Position numbers and translations under genes: made by a program. From contig CBDVDH010000017.1 in the NCBI GenBank assembly GCA_965372715.1, forward strand, positions 1 through 61,837: a stretch of 61,837 nt of DNA. The letters run 5' to 3'. The stretch is from an uncultured bacterium. GTDB taxonomy: Bacteria > B130-G9. Shown here in pieces: positions 19,075-27,913 of the stretch. The notes under the pieces were generated by a model. That model made no database searches. It was not told where the DNA came from and was given only the letters and a program-made list of their open reading frames with translations. Every line of letters begins with the position of its first letter. The stretch's first letter is position 1.

Positions 19075-19521
19075 CTAATGCAGCGCTCTCAACACTTCGG
19101 CGAGCATCGAGGCGCCATCCAACATCTCAATCTCGTCGGACACTTGCCATCTTGTCTTCAGTCCGAACACTCTCTTGTGGAACCGAAGCGCGTATGCAAT
19201 CTCGGAAAGCGTGCCATAACTGCCGCCAATTGCAACCACTACATCTCCCGAAAGCACGACGATCATGTTCCTTGCCAGCCCAATCCCCGTTGGAATCACT
19301 ATGTCAACGTAGGGATTTGCGTCTCTCTTGTCCGCGCTTGGCAAGATGCCGATCGTGGTACCCCCGGCGGACTTGGCTCCTCTGCACGCGTGCTGCATAA
19401 CGCCTGTGAGTCCACCGCAGACCAGGATATGACCGCTCTGGGCAATCACTCTCCCAACATCAAAAGATAGCGTCTCTATCTCGTCCGTGCATTCGTGACC
19501 GCCAATGACGCTTACAATCAT
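19075..19521 (-). CDS. TIGR00725/LOG-family Rossmann-fold protein
   Basis: CGGLTGVM, GILP, TGIGLARN, GGSYGTLSEI. Confidence 0.88.
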   Translation of the reverse strand: MIVSVIGGHECTDEIETLSFDVGRVIAQSGHILVCGGLTGVMQHACRGAKSAGGTTIGILPSADKRDANPYVDIVIPTGIGLARNMIVVLSGDVVVAIGGSYGTLSEIAYALRFHKRVFGLKTRWQVSDEIEMLDGASMLAEVLRALH

Positions 19522-19765
19522 TATTACCCAAAGCCCTCGTTAGCAGGTATATCCGTGCGTATATGCCACACAATCATTCATCAACCTGTCCTTATTATCA
19601 CAATCCCTATGGTTAATGCAAAAAAGGCAGCGAGAGCTTCCGCAGAAGTGGAACTCTTGACCCCCCTCCGATTCTATTGCCCTTCTTGGCCCGCTTGTCC
19701 ACCGTGGTTCCCTCGTTGGGCCCCGGCGAACGTCGGTGAAAAGGAGGATTTCGCTTTCAGCCGAT

Positions 19766-19812
19766 GTAGCCTCCGCCGCTAGTGCTTTGGCGGACAAGCA
19801 GGCTACTATGGC
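19766..19812. repeat. Nested REP-like palindrome (TCCGCC...GGCGGACAAG family)
   Basis: GTAGCC[TCCGCCGCTAGTGCTTTGGCGGACAAG]CAGGCTAC; relatives at 24254-24284 and 52578-52640. Confidence 0.7.
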
Positions 19813-19873
19813 GAAGTCTGCCTTCCCCTTTCTCCCGTTCCCATTAGACGGAGGCTCCTCAATTCCCGCGAAC

Positions 19874-19902
19874 TTGACAGCAGGGACTTTTTTGGTCATA
19901 AT
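19874..19902 (+). promoter_or_regulatory. Sigma70-type promoter for the beta-helix protein gene
   Basis: TTGACA-17 bp-CATAAT. Confidence 0.6.
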
Positions 19903-20152
19903 AAATCGAGAGAAGGGAAGCGAGACGGAAGATAGGGCATGGGTTTAGCTCGCACCCTATCATCTTGTCCTCCCCGCGGAGGCAACTTCACATGCTCCCT
20001 CCCCTTGAACGGAATGCATTTGAGCACACAGAGGTTGGACGACTAATCGTGACACTGAAGCGAGGTGAGAAACAGGGAAAAGCCTATCGGAAGAGACAAT
20101 CCTTTTATTTGTAGTGCCTTCGGGCAAGCACATCCCAAACAGGAGAAAACCG

Positions 20153-23100
20153 ATGAGACTTCATCGACAAATGGTCTTAGCGATTGCGGTCGTGGCGATC
20201 TTCGCGATAGTCGTCGCGGGCGCTTATGCTGACGACTACTATGTTGCGACTACTGGCAGCGACACTACAGGTGATGGGTCGTCCGGGAATCCCTGGCAGA
20301 CTGTTGCCCACGCGCTGAGCTGGATAAGCACCAACGATCCGGGCAGCGTTGTGGACCCTCACACGATCTACATAGCGGCCGGAACGTATGATTCGAGCAT
20401 CGGCGAGAGCTACCCGCTCACGATGCAGAGCTACGTCTCGCTCTCAGGCGACGACGAAGCCACTACAATCCTCGACGCTGAAAACAACGAATATCACGTC
20501 ATCTATTGTTACAGCGCCAACAACTTCACAATCGAGAACCTCACGATAACCCGCGGCAACGCTAATGGCCCATCCGAGGACGCGCGCGGCGGCGGCATCT
20601 ATTGCCGCGGAAGTTCGCCGACGCTGACCAACTGCACGGTCTCGGCCAACTTCGCGCGCTTCGGCGGCGGCATCTACTACGGGTACAGTAGTTCGCCGAC
20701 GCTGACCAACTGCACCGTGTCGGCCAACAGTGCGGACTACTTTGGCGGCGGCATCTATAGCTACGTTGGTTCGCTGACGCTGACAGGCTGCGCGGTCTCG
20801 GGCAACACCGCAGACCTCCACGGCGGCGGCATCTACTGCTACGACAGTTCGCCGACTATCACGGACTGCACGCTCTCGGGCAACACGGCCAGCGACTTTG
20901 GCGGCGGCATTTCTTGTGGGTCCAGCTCAAACCCCGAACTGATGAACTGCCTGCTCGTTGACAACTCTGCCAACTACGGCGGTGGCGTTCACTGCGAGGA
21001 AGACAACGGCAACCCCCCGACGCTCACCAACTGCACAATAGCGGACAACAGCGCCTCGGAGAGTGACGGTGGTGGCGGCATCTATTGCGTGTCAGGCAGC
21101 ACCGTTACGGTGAAGAACGGCATCCTGTGGGGCGACACCGCCAACGGCGCCTCGGACGAGATCAGCGGATACGGGACGGTTACGGTCACCTACTCAGACG
21201 TTGAGGGGGGCTGGACTGGAACCGGGAATATCGACGAGGACCCGCTCTTTGTGGGCAGCTACTACCTGAGCCACGTTGCAGCTGGCCAGGACAACGATAG
21301 CCCGTGCATCGACCGAGGCGACGACACGGCGGCCAACCTCGGCCTGGACGACCGCACCACGCGTGTGGATGGCGGTTACGACACCGGGCAGGTTGACATG
21401 GGCTATCACTACGACGAGGGTTCAGGGCTACACCACTACGTTGACAAGACGCACGGTGACGACAGCAACGGGGGCACAAGCTGGGAAGATGCCTTTGCCA
21501 CCATTCAGAAGGGCATCAACTCGTGCAACACGGGCAGCTCGGGGGATCCGGATATGGTCCATGTTGCCGCCCAAACGTATTATGAGAACATCGTGCTCGA
21601 CAGCTACATCACGCTTTGGGGTGGCTATCCCGCTGGCGGCGGCGCTCTCGATCCTGACCTGAACGTAACGATCATTGACGGCGATGCCGATGGTACCGTG
21701 GTCAGGATTAACGGCAAAGACGAAGTAACCGTCGATGGCTTCACGATCCAAAACGGCAAGACCACCGGTGGCGGCGGCGGCATCCGCTGCATCAACAGTT
21801 CGGCTAGGCTAGCTGATTGCACAATATCTGACAACATCTCCGCTGCCTCCGGCGGGGGCATCTACTGCTACGACAGTTCGCCGACGCTGACCGACTGCAC
21901 AATATCAGGCAACAGCACCAGTTACCACGGCGCCGGAATCTACTACTATGGTGGTTCGCCGGCCCTGAGGGGCTGCACGGTCTCTGACAATACAGCGGAC
22001 CAGGACGGTGGCGGCATCTACTGCATCGACAGTTCCCCGACGCTGACGAACGGCCTTATCAGCAGCAACACGGCGGACTTCGGCGGCGGCATCTACTGCT
22101 ACGAAAGTTCGCCGACTGTGACCAACTGCACGCTTGCTGACAATCAAGCATACAGCTATGGCGGCGGCATCTACTGTTACGATTCAGGCTCCCATCCGGA
22201 CATTGAGAACTGCATCTTGTGGGGCGACACCGCGGGCGGAGTGTCCAACGAGATCAGCGGCAGCGGGACGGTTACGGTCACCTACTCAGACGTTGAGGGG
22301 GGCTGGGCTGGAACCGGGAATATCGACGAGGACCCGCTCTTTGTGGGCAGCTACTACTTGAGCCACATCGCAGCTGGCCAGTCAAGCGACAGCCCGTGCA
22401 TCGACGTCGGCAGCGACACGGCGGCCAACCTCAACCTTGATGACCGCACAACGCGTGTGGACGGCGTTTACGACACAGGCCAGGTTGACATGGGATATCA
22501 CTACGACGAGGGTTCGGAGCTGCACCATTATGTGGATGCCGCAAGCGGCGACGACAATGACAGCGGCGACAGCTGGGATGATGCCTTCGCGACGATTCAA
22601 AAGGCCATTGACGTTTGCGAGGAGGGCACGTGCGACGACCCGGATGTGATCCACGTCGCCGAGGGTACATACGTTGAGAACCTCGTCCTGGATAGCAATA
22701 TCACGATGTTGGGTGGCTATCCCGCCGGCGGCGGCGCCCGCGATCCCGATACATACGAGACGATCATTGATGGTAACGCTGTTGACAGTGTGGTCACGAT
22801 TGACGCAAAAGAGTGCCTCACGATTGATGGCTTCACGATCACAAATGGTTCAGCCACTAATGGCGGTGGGATATACTGCTATGATAGTTCGCCGACGCTG
22901 ATCGACCTTACAATTTCGAATAATGATGCCTACGACGGCGCCGGCATGTATTGTAGCAACAGTTCGCCGACGCTGACCGACTGCACGCTCTCCGACAACG
23001 AGGCGAGCCACGACGGCGGCGGCATCTATTATTACTACTACAGTTCAGGGACGCTGACGGGCTGTAGGTTCTCAGGCAACGAGGCTGGCCGCGGCGGCGG

Positions 23101-24301
23101 CATCTACGCCTACCATCATAGTTCGCCGGATCTGACCGGTTGTGGGCTCTCCGACAACCACGCGGACACCTACGGTGGCGGCATCTGTGGCCACTATTAT
23201 AGTTCAGGGACGCTGACGAACTGCACGATTAGTGGCAACACTGCGTACTACGACGGCGGCGGAGCCTACTACTTCGACAACTGTTCGCCGACGCTGACCG
23301 ACTGCACGCTCTCCGACAACAGGGTGAGCTCCGACGGCGGCGGCATTTTGTGTCGGTACCGCTCAGATCCGGAACTAACCAACTGCCTGATCGTCAGCAA
23401 CTCCGCCAACTACGGTGGCGGCTTTCACTGCGAGGAATACAGCGGCTACCCATCGTCCCCGACGCTGACCAACTGCACGATAGCGGACAATGAGGCCTCC
23501 GAGACCGACGGTGGTGGCGGCATCTACTGCCAGGCCGGGAACACAGTCACCGTGAAGAACTCGATACTCTGGGGCGACACGGCGGGCGGAGTGTCCAACG
23601 AGATCAGCGGCGACGGCACGGTTACCGTCACCTACTCCGACGTCGAGGGCGGCTGGACCGGAACGGGCAACATCGACGAGGACCCGATGTTCGTGCCGCA
23701 TGATGAGTACGGACGGCACACCGCGTATTACCTGGCACACGAAGGCGCCCAGGCTGTCTACAGCCCGTGCGTGGATGCGGGAAGCGGGAGCGTCTCCGAC
23801 TACGGCCTTGAAGGCACAACGACATGCACTGACGGGCGAGAGGACGGCGACGACGACGGCAACGGAGACACGGGACCGATCGACATGGGCTATCACTATC
23901 CGGAAGGATACGATGGCGAGGACGACACCTACATCGAGCTCGCCTCGTTCGAGGCGCGAGCGGATGGCTCGAGCGTTGTCCTGACCTGGGAGACGGGCGC
24001 CGAGATCAGAAACGCCGGCTTTGTCCTCTTCAGGACGATCGCGGGCGTAAAGGACTATAGGCAGATAAGCGACCTGATAGGGGCTAGGGGCACGCCTGCT
24101 TCTGGCGCGTCATACAGTTTCACAGACAGCAATGTCGAGCCAGGTGTCATGTATGAGTATTGGCTGGTTGACATCGAGACCAGCGGCAAGTGGACCGCCC
24201 ACGGGCCTGCGTCGGCCGGATTGCCAATGAGCCTCAATTTGATCCAACTGCCATCCGCCTTCGCACAAGGCTACGGCGGACAAGCCACCAATGCTCGATA
24301 G
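20153..24301 (+). CDS. Large secreted right-handed beta-helix repeat protein (three tandem modules plus C-terminal FN3/Ig-like domain)
   Basis: RBS AGGAG then ATG 20153; signal peptide; many GGGIYCxxSSPTLTNCTxSxN repeats; three SPCxD...DMGYHY module ends; C-terminal YIELASFEA...LTWETGAEIRNAGF. Confidence 0.88.
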   Translation: MRLHRQMVLAIAVVAIFAIVVAGAYADDYYVATTGSDTTGDGSSGNPWQTVAHALSWISTNDPGSVVDPHTIYIAAGTYDSSIGESYPLTMQSYVSLSGDDEATTILDAENNEYHVIYCYSANNFTIENLTITRGNANGPSEDARGGGIYCRGSSPTLTNCTVSANFARFGGGIYYGYSSSPTLTNCTVSANSADYFGGGIYSYVGSLTLTGCAVSGNTADLHGGGIYCYDSSPTITDCTLSGNTASDFGGGISCGSSSNPELMNCLLVDNSANYGGGVHCEEDNGNPPTLTNCTIADNSASESDGGGGIYCVSGSTVTVKNGILWGDTANGASDEISGYGTVTVTYSDVEGGWTGTGNIDEDPLFVGSYYLSHVAAGQDNDSPCIDRGDDTAANLGLDDRTTRVDGGYDTGQVDMGYHYDEGSGLHHYVDKTHGDDSNGGTSWEDAFATIQKGINSCNTGSSGDPDMVHVAAQTYYENIVLDSYITLWGGYPAGGGALDPDLNVTIIDGDADGTVVRINGKDEVTVDGFTIQNGKTTGGGGGIRCINSSARLADCTISDNISAASGGGIYCYDSSPTLTDCTISGNSTSYHGAGIYYYGGSPALRGCTVSDNTADQDGGGIYCIDSSPTLTNGLISSNTADFGGGIYCYESSPTVTNCTLADNQAYSYGGGIYCYDSGSHPDIENCILWGDTAGGVSNEISGSGTVTVTYSDVEGGWAGTGNIDEDPLFVGSYYLSHIAAGQSSDSPCIDVGSDTAANLNLDDRTTRVDGVYDTGQVDMGYHYDEGSELHHYVDAASGDDNDSGDSWDDAFATIQKAIDVCEEGTCDDPDVIHVAEGTYVENLVLDSNITMLGGYPAGGGARDPDTYETIIDGNAVDSVVTIDAKECLTIDGFTITNGSATNGGGIYCYDSSPTLIDLTISNNDAYDGAGMYCSNSSPTLTDCTLSDNEASHDGGGIYYYYYSSGTLTGCRFSGNEAGRGGGIYAYHHSSPDLTGCGLSDNHADTYGGGICGHYYSSGTLTNCTISGNTAYYDGGGAYYFDNCSPTLTDCTLSDNRVSSDGGGILCRYRSDPELTNCLIVSNSANYGGGFHCEEYSGYPSSPTLTNCTIADNEASETDGGGGIYCQAGNTVTVKNSILWGDTAGGVSNEISGDGTVTVTYSDVEGGWTGTGNIDEDPMFVPHDEYGRHTAYYLAHEGAQAVYSPCVDAGSGSVSDYGLEGTTTCTDGREDGDDDGNGDTGPIDMGYHYPEGYDGEDDTYIELASFEARADGSSVVLTWETGAEIRNAGFVLFRTIAGVKDYRQISDLIGARGTPASGASYSFTDSNVEPGVMYEYWLVDIETSGKWTAHGPASAGLPMSLNLIQLPSAFAQGYGGQATNAR

Positions 24302-24314
24302 GAAGGAGAGAATA

Positions 24315-24434
24315 ATGAAGACGAATAAGGCCTACGAGAAGCCGAAAGTGATGACGTTGGACGGCGAGGCGCTGATGGCGACACTGGGCCCGAGCCTGTC
24401 CTGTACGGGCTTTGGCGGCTCTGTCAGCTGCTGA
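24315..24434 (+). CDS. Unannotated 39-aa peptide, RiPP-precursor-like
   Basis: RBS AAGGAG; MKTNKAYEKPKVMTLDGEALMATLGPSLSCTGFGGSVSC; GC-rich codon usage; followed by a terminator. Confidence 0.75.
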   Translation: MKTNKAYEKPKVMTLDGEALMATLGPSLSCTGFGGSVSC

Positions 24435-24475
24435 TAGCCTGAATTGATATCTGCCGCGCTTGGCGCGGGTTGACG

Positions 24476-24508
24476 AGGGGCGGAGCGTTTCCGCCCCTTT
24501 CGTTTTTT
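24476..24508 (+). terminator. Rho-independent terminator
   Basis: AGGGGCGGA-GCGTT-TCCGCCCCT followed by TTCGTTTTTT. Confidence 0.8.
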
Positions 24509-24719
24509 GCCTCGGAGACTCTATCGGCCCATACTTGCGCCGCTTCCCTGTGTGCTGCCCTGGACGCTTGCTTGCGGGACCGGGGAAACGTGATATATTA
24601 GTAAGGTTGTGACGGTTGGTCGATATAGAATCAGGACATTTGGCAATGCGCTCGAGCTGATGGCCTTGCGCCGCAATCCAGCCGGCAGCTCAGTTTTCTG
24701 CGTTATCGAGTGACGAAGG

Positions 24720-24944
24720 ATGGCTGAAGAGACGTTTCCGAATTTGAACAGGTCTGTTTTCTCCGTGCTACCTTTGGAGGAGGCGGACGGCGATTTGGGA
24801 TACTGGCTGGGCCGGTCGAAAGCAGAACGCCTGGTCGCTGTAGAACTCAACCGACGCATGGTCTATGGCTACAATCGAGCTACATCCCGACTTCAAAGAG
24901 TTCTTGAGGTTGCTGAACCTCAAACGAAGTTAGGTATCTCTTAG
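24720..24944 (+). CDS. Small conserved protein typically paired with a nucleotidyltransferase (putative antitoxin-like)
   Basis: YWLGRSKAERLVAVELNRR...RLQRVLEV; tail apparently altered by a +1 insertion at 24918-24919. Confidence 0.6.
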   Translation: MAEETFPNLNRSVFSVLPLEEADGDLGYWLGRSKAERLVAVELNRRMVYGYNRATSRLQRVLEVAEPQTKLGIS

Positions 24945-24996
24945 TCGGCGGACACGCAGTCGGATTCCATGGCCATCCGCGAGTTACGAGAGATCA
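24865..24996 (+). pseudogene. Frameshifted, truncated minimal nucleotidyltransferase
   Basis: MATIELHPDFKEFLRLLN / shift / SNEVRYLLVGGHAVGFHGHPRVTRD, matching the DFKEF...YLxVGGxAVxxHGxPRxTxD N-terminus; then ends. Confidence 0.7.
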
Positions 24997-25011
24997 CGCG
25001 GGTAAACTACC

Positions 25012-26163
25012 ATGAGCGAATACACGTACTACGAGTTCCTTGCCATAGACAAGCCGCTAACGCCGGAGGACATGTCGTATCTGCGTTCGCTCTCGACCCG
25101 CGCCCACATCACGCCAGTGAGCTTCACCAACGAATACAATTGGGGTGATTTCAAGGGGGACACGCTTGAGCTTATGAAGCGGTTCTTCGATGCCCATGTC
25201 TTTGTGGCGAACTGGATTACGGGCACATTCATGTTACGCCTGCCGATTGAGGCGATCCCTATGGAAACGGCTAATTCGTTGGCGTCCTTCGGCATCCTCG
25301 ATTTCCTTTCCACTGAGTCCCACTGGATCGTCCGCTGGGAATTATCTGAATCCAGGAAACACAACCAGTTCGGTTGGGAGGATGGCCCTTGCTGGATGGC
25401 GCGTCTTTCTCCGGTGCGGGATGAGCTGCTGCGTGGGGACATGCGAGCGCTTTACATCGGTTGGCTGTCTGCTGTCTCCATGGGAGCTGGCGACGACGAT
25501 CTTGAGCCTCTGGCGTTGGCCGGATTGGGCGAGCTGACAACTGCACAAGAAGCTCTCGCCGAATTCATGGAGATCGATCAGGACCTGTTGGCAGGCGCCG
25601 CCATGGGCAGTCCAGCCAGAGAGGATAAGGCGCCCATGGGAAAAGAGATGGATGAATGGCTCGAGGATCTGCCCCATGACGAAGCGCGGACATTGCTCAA
25701 ACAGCTCCTGGTGGGCCAAGGGCAGCAGGCCGAACGGGCGCTCAAAAGGCGATTCGCAGCATCGTGGCGCGGCCTGCAAGAGGATGCAAATCCGGCAGTT
25801 CAGCGCAGAGTGGGAGACCTCTGGAAGAACGCGGAAAAAGCCAGGATGATACGTCTCGAACGCGAGAAACGAGCAAAGGAAGAGCTTGAGATGAAACGCC
25901 GCAAGGCACGCGACTCATACCTCGAGCGTTTGTCCAAGGATTTTCCGGGGGCCTGGAAAGCAGTTCAACAGAAGATCGAGCGAGGTACGGGCACGGCCTA
26001 TGACGAGGCCTGCCGTGCCCTTGTTGACCTCTCTGAAGCGTATTCGATACACTTAAGCCAAACGAGCTTTGGCAAGGAGTTGAGGGTCTTGATGGCGAAC
26101 TACACACGCCGGAAGGCTCTTATTGGACGGCTTTTGAAGGCCAATATCTGGCAGGAGGATTGA
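25012..26163 (+). CDS. Conserved hypothetical protein (MSEYxYYEFxAID family)
   Basis: Clean 383-aa ORF; N-terminal YYEFLAIDKPL...NEYNWGDFKG...FDAH; RDELLRGDMRALY. Confidence 0.75.
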   Translation: MSEYTYYEFLAIDKPLTPEDMSYLRSLSTRAHITPVSFTNEYNWGDFKGDTLELMKRFFDAHVFVANWITGTFMLRLPIEAIPMETANSLASFGILDFLSTESHWIVRWELSESRKHNQFGWEDGPCWMARLSPVRDELLRGDMRALYIGWLSAVSMGAGDDDLEPLALAGLGELTTAQEALAEFMEIDQDLLAGAAMGSPAREDKAPMGKEMDEWLEDLPHDEARTLLKQLLVGQGQQAERALKRRFAASWRGLQEDANPAVQRRVGDLWKNAEKARMIRLEREKRAKEELEMKRRKARDSYLERLSKDFPGAWKAVQQKIERGTGTAYDEACRALVDLSEAYSIHLSQTSFGKELRVLMANYTRRKALIGRLLKANIWQED

Positions 26164-26249
26164 CGCTCCTCGAGCGTCAGTGCCCTGTGCGAGCGGGACC
26201 GGCTAGCTAAAAGGAATCACTAAACGCGAGTTGGGACAGGAGCACACGC

Positions 26250-26399
26250 ATGAGTTCAGTTAGCCCGGTTGACTTGGGTATCGAGTTTGTCGAGCGGCTC
26301 AATCGGCGTGATTTCGACGGCTTGGTAGGGATAATGACACCTGACTTTCGACTCAGGCCCGGCCGTGAGGAGATAATCGATGGGCCCAGAGAGACGTAG
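26250..26399 (+). pseudogene. Truncated paralog of the SnoaL-like gene at 27260
   Basis: MSSVSPVDLGIEFVERLNRRDFDGLVGIMTPDFRLRPG vs MSSVSRVDIAIEFVERRNRRDFDGLVGLMTPDFRLRPG; stops after 49 aa. Confidence 0.8.
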
Positions 26400-26655
26400 A
26401 GGCACGACGAAGAAGCCAACTATCCTCTCCTTTGTGCCTTTGTGGTGAGAGGTCTCATGGAGCTCAAGCTCGAGGACAGCCGATTCTCAGCTTCACAATT
26501 CACGCTCGGCGCCATATCCTACATTCATTCCGCCTAGGCGAGTTGGAGGTCATTGAGCGGGTGAAGTGGAGTAAAATGGATTCAGGTGCTGAGGCGGGCC
26601 ACAATCAGGGGCAAAGACGAGCTGGCACAGGAGTTTGGACGGAAAGGAGAGTGCG

Positions 26656-26856
26656 ATGTTGAAGGTCAACGAGATCAAGGCCGCAATAGAGTTACTTTCA
26701 GAGAAGGAGCTCTCGCGCCTACGAAAGTGGTTTTACGACAGAGACTGGGACAGATGGGACAGGCAGATTCAGACGGATTGGGAGTCCGGGAGACTTGATT
26801 TTCTGACCAGAGAGGCCGACGAGGCGAGGCGCAAGGGCCAGCTGAAAGAGCTTTAG
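26656..26856 (+). CDS. Putative antitoxin of a ParE-like module
   Basis: RBS AAGGAG; EIKAAIELLS...WDRQIQTDWESGRLDFL; directly abuts the toxin. Confidence 0.7.
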   Translation: MLKVNEIKAAIELLSEKELSRLRKWFYDRDWDRWDRQIQTDWESGRLDFLTREADEARRKGQLKEL

Positions 26857-27117
26857 ATGCACCTGACAACGAGCGCCTTCCGCAGGCGCCTCGACAGACT
26901 CCCGGGACGGCTGCAGAAGGTTGCGGAGGAGACTTTCAAATTTCTGAAAGCCGATCCTCGCCACCCATCGCTTCATTTCAAGAGAATCGGCAAACTGTGG
27001 TCGGTCAGGATTGGGCTAAGCCACAGAGCGCTTGCTGCAAAGGACGGAGGAGACTTCATCTGGGTTTGGATCGGGAGTCACGATGAATACCAGCGGATGA
27101 TCAAGGAGATGCGCTAA
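26857..27117 (+). CDS. ParE/RelE-like toxin
   Basis: LKADPRHPSLHFKRIGKLWSVRIGLSHRALA...WIGSHDEY. Confidence 0.8.
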   Translation: MHLTTSAFRRRLDRLPGRLQKVAEETFKFLKADPRHPSLHFKRIGKLWSVRIGLSHRALAAKDGGDFIWVWIGSHDEYQRMIKEMR

Positions 27118-27259
27118 CAGGACCGAGATCAGGAGCAAGATTGAAGCACAGAGACACAACGACGCAACGAAGAAGCCCATCCGCCTAACCTAAATGAACA
27201 CACTTAATGGTCGCAGCTCCGTTACGGGATAGGTTCGGAGTCATCCCAGGAGGGCACTT

Positions 27260-27676
27260 ATGAGTTCAGTTAGTCGAGTTGATATCGCTATCGAATTCGT
27301 GGAACGACGAAATCGGCGGGATTTTGATGGTCTCGTCGGACTGATGACGCCTGACTTTCGTCTTAGGCCCGGCGGTGCGGAGGTTATTTCTGGGCAAGAG
27401 AAGGCGCGGGACGCGTTGGTCGGCTACGTGTCATTATGGCCCGAATTCCAGATCCACGTCTCGGATGTGCATCAAGTCAACCATACAGTCATCATTGTTG
27501 GAAGGACTACCGGTTCTTGCGAGCAGACGCCAAGAGGAGTTGAGATTCGCCAAAGACGGCTCTATGTCGCGAAGGTTGAGAACGGACTTGTGTCGGAGTT
27601 TCGGCATTTATCAGAGGATACCGATGCGGTCAGGAGAGACCTCGGCATGAGCTCGCAAACGAGGATCACAGAGTAG
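27260..27676 (+). CDS. SnoaL/NTF2-like protein
   Basis: FVERRNRRDFDGLVGLMTPDF, WPEFQIHV, KVENGLV; RBS GGAGGG. Confidence 0.75.
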   Translation: MSSVSRVDIAIEFVERRNRRDFDGLVGLMTPDFRLRPGGAEVISGQEKARDALVGYVSLWPEFQIHVSDVHQVNHTVIIVGRTTGSCEQTPRGVEIRQRRLYVAKVENGLVSEFRHLSEDTDAVRRDLGMSSQTRITE

Positions 27677-27913
27677 GATACAGCATCAAGAATTCACCGC
27701 GAAAACCTCCCGACGCTATGCATGTGATTGGGGCGCACTAACGCTCTTGCTGCAGGGCGAAAGGTTCTGCATTCTCCTTTTGTCTGCCGAACTGATTCTT
27801 TACTGTTGCCTAACGACTGTCCTTTATCTTATAGTCCGCGTATCGAAGTAGTCACCATCCGCCGTTGCAGGGGCCGGAGCGCGGGAATATCAACATTATG
27901 CAGGAAGAAACAG

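Noticed and set aside
19540-19899. 119-aa minus-strand ORF
   Set aside because: It spans a promoter and a REP palindrome (SAKALAAEATSA is a translated REP) and shows no protein-like features.
20580-23560. CRISPR array or DGR in the repeated GGCGGCGGCATCTAC units
   Set aside because: The repeats are in-frame protein repeats; no cas genes, reverse transcriptase or non-coding template repeat is present in the window.
24429-24470. Selenocysteine read-through of TGC-TGA-TAG in the small peptide
   Set aside because: Tandem stops are common, the downstream CCGCGC-TTG-GCGCGG hairpin is not a convincing bacterial SECIS, and no sel genes are in view.
27680-27913. T-box leader upstream of ileS
   Set aside because: No AGGGTGGNACCGCG T-box sequence or specifier stem is recognisable.
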